From Candidatus Bathyarchaeota archaeon (lineage in GTDB: Archaea; Thermoproteota; Bathyarchaeia; 40CM-2-53-6), in contig CAWHWX010000001.1 in assembly GCA_963833125.1 (NCBI GenBank), positions 288,001-352,000 on the forward strand: a DNA stretch of 64,000 nt, read 5' to 3'. This document shows, piece by piece, positions 29,869 through 39,524 of this stretch. A program made the translations under genes and the position numbers. The notes beneath the pieces were generated by a model. The model saw nothing but the letters and a program-made list of their open reading frames with translations, was not told the DNA's origin and did no database searches. The number at the start of each line of letters is the position of its first letter. Within the stretch, counting starts at the first letter, position 1.

Positions 29869-32142
29869 GTGCTGCGCCCACCCTCGAATTCGATAACGGG
29901 AGCCCCTCTAATTCTTGTGGCTATGCTTCTAGCCCAAACCTTGGCATTTTCTCATGGTGCGACTACCGCATCGATCGGACAGCATGCCGTAGCGTCTCAA
30001 GACCCATCTTCCGACGACTGGCCCACCTACCACAGAGACATGCTCAGATCAGGATACGATCCGAACTTTCCTCAATTCACCTCCGCCGTCCAGCGAAATT
30101 GGACATCAACGACACTGGATGGGGACGTTTACGCCGAGCCTCTAATCGTCGGAGCGGATGTTGTAGTCGCGACGGAAGCGAACTCCCTATACGAACTAAA
30201 CGCGGTCACTGGCCAGATTCTATGGCACATGAATTTTGGAACTCCAGTCAATGGGGCGGTGCTCCCGTGCGGAGACATAAACCCGTCCGGCATAACTAGC
30301 ACCCCGGTCATTGATGTTGCCGGAAGAACGATTTTTACCGTCGCGTTCCTAGCATCGCCCTCCCTGCACCATCAATTATTCGGAGTTGACCTAGATACTG
30401 GAGCGGTCAAATTCCAGATGGGCATCGACCCGCCCGGCTCCAACCCTACAGTTCAGCAACAGAGAGGAGCCTTGGCTTTGGCTAATGGGTATGTGTATGT
30501 TCCCTACGGTGGGTTGGATGGGGATTGCGGGTCGTACCACGGTCGGCTCGCCGCGACCAACACTAACGGGGGAGGCCCTGTATTTGGTTACCAAGTTCCA
30601 ACCGGAAATGCAGGCGCTATATGGGGAGGAGGGGACGGTCCCGTCGTAGACCAGACAGGGAACCTGCTGGTTGCTACAGGTAACAGTTTTTCCACTTCGA
30701 CATTCGACTACGGAGACGCCGTGCTAAAACTCTCTCCAGCCACAAACCCTCCCATAACCCTGATCGATTATTTTGCTCCCTCAAACTGGGCCACGCTTAA
30801 CGGTGGCGATCTTGATCTGGGATCCACTGAACCAGTCACTCTCAGCTCGAGCTACCTCTTTCAAATCGGCAAGGAAGGCGTTGGCGACGTGCTTAACGCT
30901 ACCCACCTAGGGGGAATCGGAGGAGAACTCTACTCTGCCCAAGTGTGCAATAGCGGTGGCGGAGCGTTCGGCGGTTTGGCTTACTTCTCCCCGTACCTGA
31001 TAGTTCCGTGCGACAATGGCCTTGTAGCGCTGCAAGTGACTCTCGGTTCCAGCCCATCCTTCTCTGTTGCTTGGCGTGGCCCCACTTACTTTACCGGTCC
31101 GCCTATCGTTGCAGGCAACGCCGTATGGGATGTGGATGTTAGCCATGGGAAGATTTACGCGTTCAACCTGACCAGCGGGACACCACTGTTCACAGACTCG
31201 ATTGGGTCTCCCCCGACGCATTTCAACTCGGTAAGCGCGGGTGACGGAGCGATCTTCGTCACGGCCAGCCGACAGGTACGAGCTTACCGTCAACCAATGA
31301 CGGTCATATTTCACACGACCCCACCAACATTTCCAGGCGCAACTTTGCCGGGCTCAATCAAAGCTTGCGGTGGAACATTCAATGATAGCCAATCAACTGT
31401 TTGTGCCGCCAGTTTCCCGGTCACAGCAAACCTACCTTCGCCCTCGACTGGTTGGCAGTTTGATCATTGGACTTGGAACGGTGGATTAAGTTGTACACCC
31501 TCAATGAATATGGCGAGTTGTTCTACCTCCGCGGTTGGTGGATCATTAACGGCCGTCTACGCCGCCAAAGTCACTTTTCACACAAACCCAAGCTCTTCAG
31601 GAGCAATGATCAGTTGGACATCATGCGCTGCTGTCGGTGAAAGCGACGGAGCATCTATCAATAGCACGAGTTATGGTTTAGTCAGCGCCTGTTACGTGCC
31701 CTCCGGTTACACTCTAGCAAACTGGAGTTGTTCCGCTGGTCTGATGTGTTCCGGGTCGAATGATCCGACTCAGGTCATATTTACTGGTCCTGGAACAATT
31801 ACGTTGACCTTGAAGTCTGGTTCGATTTCGTTACCTGCGCAAACCAACATAACTGCTATAGCGACTCCCTTGAGCCCAATGCATGGGACCATGTTCACTG
31901 TTTCAGGAGTGTTACGGAATGTTTCGAATGGAGTTGGGATAGCTAACAAGCAGATTGTGTTGGTGTTCAGTTGGAGCACAAACGAAGCGACCGTCACGAC
32001 ACTGGGCAACGGCTCTTTCGCTTACAACGCCACCGCACCCTCCGCCGGCTCATATAACGTCGACGCCTTCTTCCTAGGCGACTACTCAACCAGCCCCCAG
32101 TATCTCCCAAGCAAAGCAACCGCCAATGTCACTGTTAATTGA
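29869..32142 (+). CDS. Secreted PQQ-like beta-propeller protein with Cys-containing beta repeats and a C-terminal Ig-like domain
   Basis: Signal peptide; DWPTYHRD..RSG, LNAVTGQILW, GITSTPVID and DLDLGS; FDHWTW/LANWSC repeats. Confidence 0.8.
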   Translation: MLRPPSNSITGAPLILVAMLLAQTLAFSHGATTASIGQHAVASQDPSSDDWPTYHRDMLRSGYDPNFPQFTSAVQRNWTSTTLDGDVYAEPLIVGADVVVATEANSLYELNAVTGQILWHMNFGTPVNGAVLPCGDINPSGITSTPVIDVAGRTIFTVAFLASPSLHHQLFGVDLDTGAVKFQMGIDPPGSNPTVQQQRGALALANGYVYVPYGGLDGDCGSYHGRLAATNTNGGGPVFGYQVPTGNAGAIWGGGDGPVVDQTGNLLVATGNSFSTSTFDYGDAVLKLSPATNPPITLIDYFAPSNWATLNGGDLDLGSTEPVTLSSSYLFQIGKEGVGDVLNATHLGGIGGELYSAQVCNSGGGAFGGLAYFSPYLIVPCDNGLVALQVTLGSSPSFSVAWRGPTYFTGPPIVAGNAVWDVDVSHGKIYAFNLTSGTPLFTDSIGSPPTHFNSVSAGDGAIFVTASRQVRAYRQPMTVIFHTTPPTFPGATLPGSIKACGGTFNDSQSTVCAASFPVTANLPSPSTGWQFDHWTWNGGLSCTPSMNMASCSTSAVGGSLTAVYAAKVTFHTNPSSSGAMISWTSCAAVGESDGASINSTSYGLVSACYVPSGYTLANWSCSAGLMCSGSNDPTQVIFTGPGTITLTLKSGSISLPAQTNITAIATPLSPMHGTMFTVSGVLRNVSNGVGIANKQIVLVFSWSTNEATVTTLGNGSFAYNATAPSAGSYNVDAFFLGDYSTSPQYLPSKATANVTVN

Positions 32143-32329
32143 CTGGTCCGTCGTATCCGCAGAGGTGCGTACGTACCTCCAATTCCTTGTTTCGTAGGTG
32201 CTGCGCACATCTGTTATCGCCCAAACAAGTTTGTTTGGCCAGGGTTACGGATTTGGAAACGCACGGGAGAGTGCTGATGTCGGCTACGTCAGCTAAATGG
32301 AAGGTTTCGTTTTCGTCGTTCGGTTTGAA

Positions 32330-32360
32330 GTGTGTATGGGTTTTGGTTTAGTTGGTGTGC
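32330..32360 (+). repeat. Degenerate copy of the repeat site
   Basis: GTGTGTATGG...TGGTGTGC preceded by the family arm TCGTCGTTCG. Confidence 0.4.
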
Positions 32361-32418
32361 CGCCTGCGGCGTCGCATGAAGTCTTATTAGGACTAAACAC
32401 ACGCTGAGCGCGTTAGGG

Positions 32419-32862
32419 GTGCGGTTTGTGAGGGTCGGAACGGTTTGGGTCAAGTATGTCCTTCTTGTTGCAGTCGTCCTAGCCTTGGCGACAACTATGA
32501 TTCCTAACGGGATGTCACTTGCTCCCGCGCAGACCTTCACATGCTCCAGTTTCGTCAGCACATCAACAACCTCTACTACAACGACGACAGTGACAACATC
32601 AATTTCGTCTACGCAAGTTCCCGGGTTGAGTGCCGTTTCCACAGTATCTTCATTTCAAACAACGAATACGTCTACCAGTACATCTTGCGATACGCTTTCG
32701 GGAACCTTTTCTGAGCTCCTCTCTGACCTTGTTACCGTCGTGATTATTCTCGGAATACCCTTGGCTATTCCTGAATACCCGTTGGGCTTATTCGTACTCG
32801 TAATCTTGATCGTGGTTGCGTACCTGTTTATCAAACGTAGGGCGACACGAGAACAGAGCTAG
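32419..32862 (+). CDS. Thr/Ser-rich surface protein with PEF-CTERM-like tail
   Basis: Signal peptide; Thr-rich linker; IPEYPLG-TM-KRR. Confidence 0.75.
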   Translation: MRFVRVGTVWVKYVLLVAVVLALATTMIPNGMSLAPAQTFTCSSFVSTSTTSTTTTTVTTSISSTQVPGLSAVSTVSSFQTTNTSTSTSCDTLSGTFSELLSDLVTVVIILGIPLAIPEYPLGLFVLVILIVVAYLFIKRRATREQS

Positions 32863-32951
32863 AATCACTTAGACCTAGCGTCAGAATCATCAACCGATTG
32901 GTGACAGCCACAAGAATTTTTTGCCCGTGAGGATAACGTTGCCCGTTTTCG

Positions 32952-33038
32952 GTGTATGTGGTATTAATGAGGCGGCCGTTGGGATTCGGACCGTCGTCGT
33001 TCGTCGTCAGAAAAGTGTGTGTATAGCTGGTGCGCACA
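32952..33038 (+). repeat. Two tandem repeat sites (cores TATTAA and TATAGC)
   Basis: GTATGTGG-TATTAA-TGAGGCG and AGTGTGTG-TATAGC-TGGTGCGCAC joined by CCGTCGTCGTTCGTCGTCAGAAAA. Confidence 0.85.
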
Positions 33039-33054
33039 GTCCGGGTCTGGAATT

Positions 33055-33501
33055 CTAGGCTAGATTTTGGTGGGCAATCGTGTGAGAACTCCTGACGGGT
33101 ACGAAGAGTTGTAGTTCGGTTTGACTTCGGTAGAATTCTATGGAAGGTCTTGTCGGGTCAATGTCGTGGACTTTGACCAGTTCTTGATATAATTGGGGGA
33201 GTTGACCGTCGCGGATCTTCTTTTCCCAGTCCAGAATTTTGCGACGAGCGTATATTCCTCCTGGAATCACCCCGGTCTCCAATTGCATCTTACCTGGGTC
33301 GTCGGCGTCGATTCTTGCCACGGACGCGTAGTACTCTTCTCCGTCAGGGGTTTCGTGGAAGACGCCGTAGAATTTTCGACCCTTCAGAGTTGGAAGCTTG
33401 GATTCTAGCAAATCCATGGCCGCCGACGGACCTTTGCCTTTCATGTCTGCTTTGACACGCATGATTGGGATTTCGTTAAGTTCAACATAGGTGTCGTTCA
33501 T
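33055..33501 (-). CDS. GyrI-like small-molecule-binding protein
   Basis: FYG, YYASV, IPGGIYAR and RPSIEFYRS. Confidence 0.8.
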   Translation of the reverse strand: MNDTYVELNEIPIMRVKADMKGKGPSAAMDLLESKLPTLKGRKFYGVFHETPDGEEYYASVARIDADDPGKMQLETGVIPGGIYARRKILDWEKKIRDGQLPQLYQELVKVHDIDPTRPSIEFYRSQTELQLFVPVRSSHTIAHQNLA

Positions 33502-33538
33502 AGAGAACTTCGGCGTGACGTCTGATATTTATGAATTG

Positions 33539-33560
33539 GAAGATGACTCGTGTCATCTTC
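33539..33560. promoter_or_regulatory. Perfect 9-bp inverted repeat upstream of the GyrI-like promoter
   Basis: GAAGATGAC-TCGT-GTCATCTTC next to a minus-strand ATAAATA box. Confidence 0.45.
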
Positions 33561-33570
33561 TGGTTGCCAG

Positions 33571-33778
33571 TCATTTTTCTGTGGGTGGTATAGCTGGTGC
33601 GTGAAAATGAATTTGAACTGTCGTCGTTCGTCGTAAAGTGTGTGTGTGGTATCGCTGGTGCGAGCGTCGGAAATTGAACCTTCGGTTTTAGTGTGTGGTA
33701 TTAGTGATGCGAGCACCCGAAATTGAACCGTCTGTCAGGCGTAATTTTGCGTGTGTGCGCACCAGCTATGCCAAGCAC
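33571..33778. repeat. Cluster of four repeat sites (three direct, one inverted)
   Basis: Cores TATAGC (33581), TATCGC (33642), TATTAG (33691) and inverted CATAGC (33751-33778). Confidence 0.9.
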
Positions 33779-33812
33779 GAAATGAATCTCCTGAACAGAT
33801 TTTTTGGTATCA

Positions 33813-34583
33813 TTAAATTCGAGGGGAAACTGTCCAGGTCCGGTAGTCTAGGATGTGGCGGAATCCCATTTTGAGATACACTGGGAATCCGATGGGGCTT
33901 GCCTGCAATGATGAGAGATCGCATCCGTGTTGAAATCCATCTTTCACAGCGAAAGCGCTCATGGCTGCGCCGAATCCTCTACCCCTGAATTCTGGGATGG
34001 TGCTCACGCCGTAGATTCCTGCAACGTTATCGGTTTCGTACAGAATAGAGGTAGCTACCGGCTTACCGCTGCAGATTCCCAGATAGTACGTCAAGCCTTT
34101 CGTTGCAAGGCTCTGAGGCGTAGCTAAACGGTCGAAGAAATTTGGGTCAGACATCTGGAAACCGAGAGCTGCTGCTCGCTCCCAAGACAAGCGTTCGCTT
34201 ACGTCACGAACTTGGCGGATTTCCAAGTCGGAAGGCAGGGGTCGGAGGGTAGCTGCTTCCTTGGGCAAAATCATTTCTGGATCCCTCCTAAACCGCGTGA
34301 CCGGTACGTGCCGAGGTATCTCGTAGAAATCATCTCCAACCGAGGGAGGCACAACGATCTTCCATTCAGACCTTTGCTCAGCAAAGAAGCGCTTCACTCT
34401 CTCCAGAGTCTCAGGCCGCACACCAGCCTTGTCCGATACCAGAGCACAATTCCAGTCATTCAATAGGATAGGACTGCGCATACACATAACCCCCGGAAAA
34501 TACTCAATCGTACCTCCGCTCTCAGCTGCGAAGGCGGATGAAGCAGCGAAGAAATTACGCGTCACACGTTCTTCGGTTGACAT
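33813..34583 (-). CDS. GNAT N-acetyltransferase
   Basis: AGIYGVSTIPEFRGRGFG and LQASPIGFPVYLKMGF. Confidence 0.9.
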   Translation of the reverse strand: MSTEERVTRNFFAASSAFAAESGGTIEYFPGVMCMRSPILLNDWNCALVSDKAGVRPETLERVKRFFAEQRSEWKIVVPPSVGDDFYEIPRHVPVTRFRRDPEMILPKEAATLRPLPSDLEIRQVRDVSERLSWERAAALGFQMSDPNFFDRLATPQSLATKGLTYYLGICSGKPVATSILYETDNVAGIYGVSTIPEFRGRGFGAAMSAFAVKDGFQHGCDLSSLQASPIGFPVYLKMGFRHILDYRTWTVSPRI

Positions 34584-34615
34584 AATACCACGAAAAACAG
34601 TACCAGTATCCACCG

Positions 34616-35434
34616 CTACGTGGCGAGTGTTGCTTCTCCGTTTGGTTTGATTTCTATTTGATGCCAAGCCGAGTCATGAGGTTGTCCTCTGAGACTCCTG
34701 ATTCTCAGAAAGTTCTGGGCCTTCTCTTCTTTTTCCATTACTCTGATGTCTATAACTCCGTCCCAATCGGCTTCCATGCGTCGATACACCCATTCGGGAT
34801 GGACTCCGCGAACGAAGCCCTGTAAGGTGATACGGTTCGCTCTCCGCTCGTTTGGATTAACTCTGCTTTCCATCCACTCCACGTATGCTTTCTCGTCGTT
34901 GAATCGCATTTGCGAGGAACACGATTCGACCAATAACAAACTCCATCCGGCCATGTGTGTTTGCCCTACTGTGTCCCTTTCATAGACTTCCGGGCTCAAC
35001 TTTGTCCATTTGAGCCATTCGAGGCTGAGGTCTGAAACCTTCAAAGACCGGACTCTGACTCCCCCATCGATTTGTTCGAAGAGTCCTTCATGCCCTCCTT
35101 CAGTTCTTACACGGCCACCGGTGAGGGTTGCGGAATACCAGTCCTGGACTTCGAGACGTCCTTCCTTCAATGTCGCCGATACATTAATTTCCAAAGCCGA
35201 TAAGGCATCTAAGACATTATTCCTCGATCTTGCCATCGCCAAATAACCAACACTTCTGTTTTCCAGTAGAGTTTTCGCGGCAATAGTCGCGGCGACGGCG
35301 AACCATTGAGACTCAGGATCAAATTCAACGCCAAAGATCGTTGCAGGTTTAATTCCGCCCGGAATAAGTTGAGTTAGAAGAGGAATGTCAACGCGGCCAG
35401 CGGAAGGCAAGTTATACCTGACAAAAGTAGACAT
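34616..35434 (-). CDS. RAD55/KaiC-like RecA-fold protein lacking Walker A
   Basis: LIPGGI, EFDPESQW, DWYSATL, DGVIDIR and LRIRSLRG. Confidence 0.8.
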   Translation of the reverse strand: MSTFVRYNLPSAGRVDIPLLTQLIPGGIKPATIFGVEFDPESQWFAVAATIAAKTLLENRSVGYLAMARSRNNVLDALSALEINVSATLKEGRLEVQDWYSATLTGGRVRTEGGHEGLFEQIDGGVRVRSLKVSDLSLEWLKWTKLSPEVYERDTVGQTHMAGWSLLLVESCSSQMRFNDEKAYVEWMESRVNPNERRANRITLQGFVRGVHPEWVYRRMEADWDGVIDIRVMEKEEKAQNFLRIRSLRGQPHDSAWHQIEIKPNGEATLAT

Positions 35435-35497
35435 TCAACTAACCAAAAGCATTGACGGTCCAAGTTTTCAGCCAAGTGCGTGTAAGCATGATGTGAG

Positions 35498-36433
35498 TTA
35501 ACCGATAAGTATCTGAGCAAGCTGGTGTGGCTCAATGTTTCCGCCGGTTACGAGAAGCGCTACGTTCTTCCCCTGCAATTCGTCCCGGATTTTTGTGGCG
35601 GCGGCTGTTGAGGCTGCTCCTGATAACTCAGCTACTTGACCAGTAGTTGAGAAGATCGTTCTCACAGCTTCCATCATTTCCGCGTCGCTGACGAGAACGA
35701 CATCATCCAACTTCTCCTTTAGAAAACTGAACGGCAACTCATAGGCCTGTGAAGTAGCCAATCCCTCAGCCTTCGTCTTTACGCCATTAGTGGACGTAAT
35801 CGACCCGCTCTTCCATGACTTGTAAAAGGCTGGTGCACCTTCGGCTTGCACGCCAATCACTCTGATCTTCGGGTCGATGGACTTGTAGACGATACACGCC
35901 GAGGATGCCGCTGACCCGCCTCCGATCGGAGCGATCACAATATCCAAATCGGGCTGTTCTTCGATGACTTCCAAATGCATAGTGGCAACGCCTTCGAAGA
36001 GCAGCGGCTCATTGCTAGCATGGATGTACAGGTACCCATTCTGAGAAGCCAGCTTCTCCGCGTACTCACGTGCCTCATCATAGTAGCTTCCGTGGAAAAG
36101 AAGTTCTGCACCCAAATCCTTGACAGCCTCAGACTTTAGCTGAGGGACGCCGTGTGGCATAACAATCTTGACCTGTACTCCGAATAGCTTGCCTGCATAG
36201 GCTACTGACTGAGCGTGATTACCTGTCGACGCCGTAATGACTGTACGAGATTGGCCTTGCTTCACCAAGTTCTCAATAAAGCGCACACCTCCGCGAACTT
36301 TGAATGCCCGTGTGGGCTGGAGATTCTCCAGTTTGAGGAAGACCTCGCACCCAAGTAGTTTCGAAAGCCCTCTCGGGTGAATCAGAGGGGTCGGCTTCAA
36401 GTAACGATTAACGATTGTTCGTGCGACAAACAC
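35498..36433 (-). CDS. PLP-dependent threonine/serine dehydratase
   Basis: KLENLQPTRAFKVRG, ASTGNHAQ, PIGGGS and TGGN. Confidence 0.92.
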   Translation of the reverse strand: MFVARTIVNRYLKPTPLIHPRGLSKLLGCEVFLKLENLQPTRAFKVRGGVRFIENLVKQGQSRTVITASTGNHAQSVAYAGKLFGVQVKIVMPHGVPQLKSEAVKDLGAELLFHGSYYDEAREYAEKLASQNGYLYIHASNEPLLFEGVATMHLEVIEEQPDLDIVIAPIGGGSAASSACIVYKSIDPKIRVIGVQAEGAPAFYKSWKSGSITSTNGVKTKAEGLATSQAYELPFSFLKEKLDDVVLVSDAEMMEAVRTIFSTTGQVAELSGAASTAAATKIRDELQGKNVALLVTGGNIEPHQLAQILIG

Positions 36434-36615
36434 ATCGAGCAGACGTGGAATCTGAGATTGCGCCGATATTCATCACGCTCACCTTTCCCGTTGCTAATTT
36501 CCACTCCGATAAGAGCCTTCAACTAAAGAAGCTGTTCATTCGACAAACAAAATCACCGGCTCAGTTTCCAGTATTTTACCACAATCGAACCAAACCCTCG
36601 TGGAGACTTCCTCGG

Positions 36616-37503
36616 TCATGGATGAGGCTCGGGTTCCAGGGGTTTGCCGTAGATGGTCGTGATTGCAGTAGATACTAGTATCAAGAAACCGCCGAACCAT
36701 TGAGATATGGTGAGTTTGTTTCCGAAGAGGGCTAGCGAGAGAAGTACTGAGGTGACCGGTTCGATGAGGCTGATCAATGCAGCTCTTGAGGGACCTATTT
36801 TCGAAATGCCGATGAAGAAAGCAGTTGCTGCGAAAACGGTGCATACGAGTGTTATGGTCAGCACCCAGAACCATCCAGCAACGCTCCAGTTCAAACGGAT
36901 CGAACCGGTCAGTGCTCCGGTTAAGCCAAAGGTTACCGACGCGGCTCCCATCACGTAGAAGGCAGCTACGTCTCCCTTTACCCTTCTAAGAACCTTCGAG
37001 CTGCTTAGAATGTAGATCGTGTATACTATCGATGAAGCAAATGCGAGGAACACGCCGAGGCCGATAGCTGTCCCGAACGGATTTGCAACCAAGACCAAAC
37101 CAATCAATGCTATTACGAAAACTCCTGCGAGACGGCGCGGTACCCGCTCCCATCCTAACAAGAATGCGCCTAACGTAACGAAGACTGGGTAGGTGTAAAG
37201 AAGCAGCGCAACGATTGCAACAGGCGAAAAGAGGAGAGCTGTAAAGTAGAAAGTGGATTGCAGGAAGTAGACCAATGCACCGAGTATAATCAACGCCAAA
37301 AGGTCGGTTCTCTTGGGAAGAACCAGCCTATGGGAAAGGGCGAGAAGTGTTCCCATAATCAGGAATGCGAGAAGGAATCTGACGAAGAGAAGCTCATCAA
37401 CACCAACTCCTTGAGCGTAGGCTAACTTAGCGAAGATGGGCTGGAAGCCAAACGCGACGGCTGACACAAAAACAAGGATTGTTCCTTCGTGATCACTCTT
37501 CAT
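36616..37503 (-). CDS. EamA/DMT transporter
   Basis: 10 TM; RFLLA, LLYTYP and IEPV. Confidence 0.9.
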   Translation of the reverse strand: MKSDHEGTILVFVSAVAFGFQPIFAKLAYAQGVGVDELLFVRFLLAFLIMGTLLALSHRLVLPKRTDLLALIILGALVYFLQSTFYFTALLFSPVAIVALLLYTYPVFVTLGAFLLGWERVPRRLAGVFVIALIGLVLVANPFGTAIGLGVFLAFASSIVYTIYILSSSKVLRRVKGDVAAFYVMGAASVTFGLTGALTGSIRLNWSVAGWFWVLTITLVCTVFAATAFFIGISKIGPSRAALISLIEPVTSVLLSLALFGNKLTISQWFGGFLILVSTAITTIYGKPLEPEPHP

Positions 37504-37530
37504 AGGGAGCCACAATAGGTTGATCTGATT

Positions 37531-38472
37531 CTAGCGTAAGTCGCACAGAACGTATCGATCTGGTCGATCAAATGCTGGCTCATTCGGCCTTAGCATTAGG
37601 ACTCCTTGAAAGTCAGCACGAAAACCTCGCGCAATCATTCTCCGGTACGCATTATGGCATGCGGAGTTTACGCCCGCGACTACATCCGTCACCCCTTTCA
37701 CAGTAGCTAACTCTTCGCAGGCATTTAGCAACCTGTCAAAGAAAACCTCCGCACTTGATCCGCTCCGAACGGCTCCGAACTTGACGTAGCATGTGTCTCT
37801 TCCAGCTTCAGTGCCCGGCCCGCAGTGACAAACAGCAACGCCAACAACCGTTTCTCCTTCCCACAAGAGTACGGTGTCGCCAAGTCCCTGCTTGCGGACT
37901 GACATTATTTCTCGTTCCAGATCCAACCCTTCGTAGACCGAGTTGGTCACGCTTCGACACATCTCCAAGCATCTTCCCATCTCAACGTGAGGCACATCGG
38001 AAAACTTAGACCACCCCTCGAAAGTGCCTTTACCCTGGGTAGTCTTCGACATCAGGAGTGTAAGAAATCGTGGCCAAAACCCGTACTTCTGGTACAAGCC
38101 TATGTGTTTTGGGCTCTGAGCGAACGTGAACAGACCTACACGGCTGACACCCCATTTATTGAAAAGATCCATAGCGGGCTCGAGCAGAAGTTTAGCAATA
38201 CCTCGATCCCACAGATCGGGACGCACAGTTAACGGTCCGAAGAAACCAAAACTGCCCCATCTTGTGGCAAAGTTAGAACCTACAAGCTCGCCATCGCTTT
38301 CAGCACCAAAAGCCGCATTCGGATCCGCAAGCCAACGAGTCCTCACGTGATCCATCCCTTCGCCGAAGCTTGCTGGATCAGGAACACCCATGAATGTTCC
38401 AAAAGCCACGCGCATGATGTGATCGGCCGTCTGCAAATCTTCCTCTTTCAAGAGTCGCACTTTGAATTCCAT
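37531..38472 (-). CDS. Tandem GNAT acetyltransferase
   Basis: GPLTVRPDLWDRGIAK, LYQKYGF and ARGFR. Confidence 0.88.
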   Translation of the reverse strand: MEFKVRLLKEEDLQTADHIMRVAFGTFMGVPDPASFGEGMDHVRTRWLADPNAAFGAESDGELVGSNFATRWGSFGFFGPLTVRPDLWDRGIAKLLLEPAMDLFNKWGVSRVGLFTFAQSPKHIGLYQKYGFWPRFLTLLMSKTTQGKGTFEGWSKFSDVPHVEMGRCLEMCRSVTNSVYEGLDLEREIMSVRKQGLGDTVLLWEGETVVGVAVCHCGPGTEAGRDTCYVKFGAVRSGSSAEVFFDRLLNACEELATVKGVTDVVAGVNSACHNAYRRMIARGFRADFQGVLMLRPNEPAFDRPDRYVLCDLR

Positions 38473-38585
38473 TCGCTAAACGCCGTCGACGTCTTGCATA
38501 TCAGAGATGATTAGCTTTCCGCCAAATCCTTGGTCGGCGAATATAAGTGTCAATTTGCAGGTCAACAGCAACAGTTACAGTTTGT

Positions 38586-39083
38586 TCAACGATTCAATGA
38601 TGACAGTAACACCACGTTCTGCAAACCTGCCATCCAGTGCCCTATCGCTAACAAAATCATGAACAACATGATTGCTGCGGCTTGACCAGCGGCCGTTGTC
38701 GCGAACGAACTTGTTCTCGTAACTGAGTAGGCTTTCCAAATCAAAACTATTTCAAACGCCCAGGTAGCAGCTAAGCCAATGAACAGGCCTGTAGTACCCA
38801 AGCCCAAGTTATACATGAGGAATATTACGAAGATATTTCCAACTTCTTCGAAGCTGCCCCTGAACATGGGATTAACGAACGCAGTAATCGTTGACGCAGA
38901 ATCAATCAGCTCACCCGTCACTAAGGCCAACGTAGCAATGGTCACGTAGAATCGAAGCGACGCCAACTCTGTTACGACACATCCGCCTATCCGGTGACTG
39001 AGAATAGTACCAACAGGTTTTGTTAAGTTGATGGGCGTTGATTCGACTGTTAGGTGCCGGGTGTCGAGGGTATGATGTCTCAA
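38586..39083 (-). CDS. Hypothetical membrane protein (start uncertain, likely near 38975)
   Basis: Several hydrophobic helices; D..ST...EVGN motif. Confidence 0.55.
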   Translation of the reverse strand: MRHHTLDTRHLTVESTPINLTKPVGTILSHRIGGCVVTELASLRFYVTIATLALVTGELIDSASTITAFVNPMFRGSFEEVGNIFVIFLMYNLGLGTTGLFIGLAATWAFEIVLIWKAYSVTRTSSFATTAAGQAAAIMLFMILLAIGHWMAGLQNVVLLSSLNR

Positions 39084-39407
39084 GTTCCGTTGATTAAGGC
39101 TCTGTCAAAAATCGAAGGGTTCGGAGCGTTTGCCTCACGACGAATAGAAAAGGAGTCTCAAATTGCGGTTTGGGATGGACCTTATGCTCACGAACTACCG
39201 AGTGATGCTTCTGCGAAATACTACCTGTATGTCAGACCGCACGTATACCTCGTAGGCTTCGGAGGGGACTACCCAGAATCTTTCATCAATCATTCCCGCA
39301 ATCCGAACAGCAAAATCGTTTGGACCGGTGACATAGCGATTCTTGTTGCAATACGCGACATTGAACAGAACGAAGAAGTTACCTTCGATTATGGGTTTTC
39401 GCCATGA
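39072..39407 (+). CDS. SET-domain protein-lysine methyltransferase
   Basis: GFGAFA, FINHSRNPN and RDIEQNEEVTFDY. Confidence 0.88.
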   Translation: MMSQVPLIKALSKIEGFGAFASRRIEKESQIAVWDGPYAHELPSDASAKYYLYVRPHVYLVGFGGDYPESFINHSRNPNSKIVWTGDIAILVAIRDIEQNEEVTFDYGFSP

Positions 39408-39524
39408 TGCTGCAAGTTAATTATCGCCCGACAGTTAACAAGCCTATCGAGCACACTTCAACTTAACAGAACCCGATTCAGTTACAGATATTACGGTCTT
39501 TACATTTGTTGGCTGCTGAGTTGT

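Noticed and set aside
33571-33778. Mini CRISPR array (units ending in AATTGAAC)
   Set aside because: Repeats are too degenerate, the intervening segments are short and similar to each other, one unit is inverted, and no cas genes are present.
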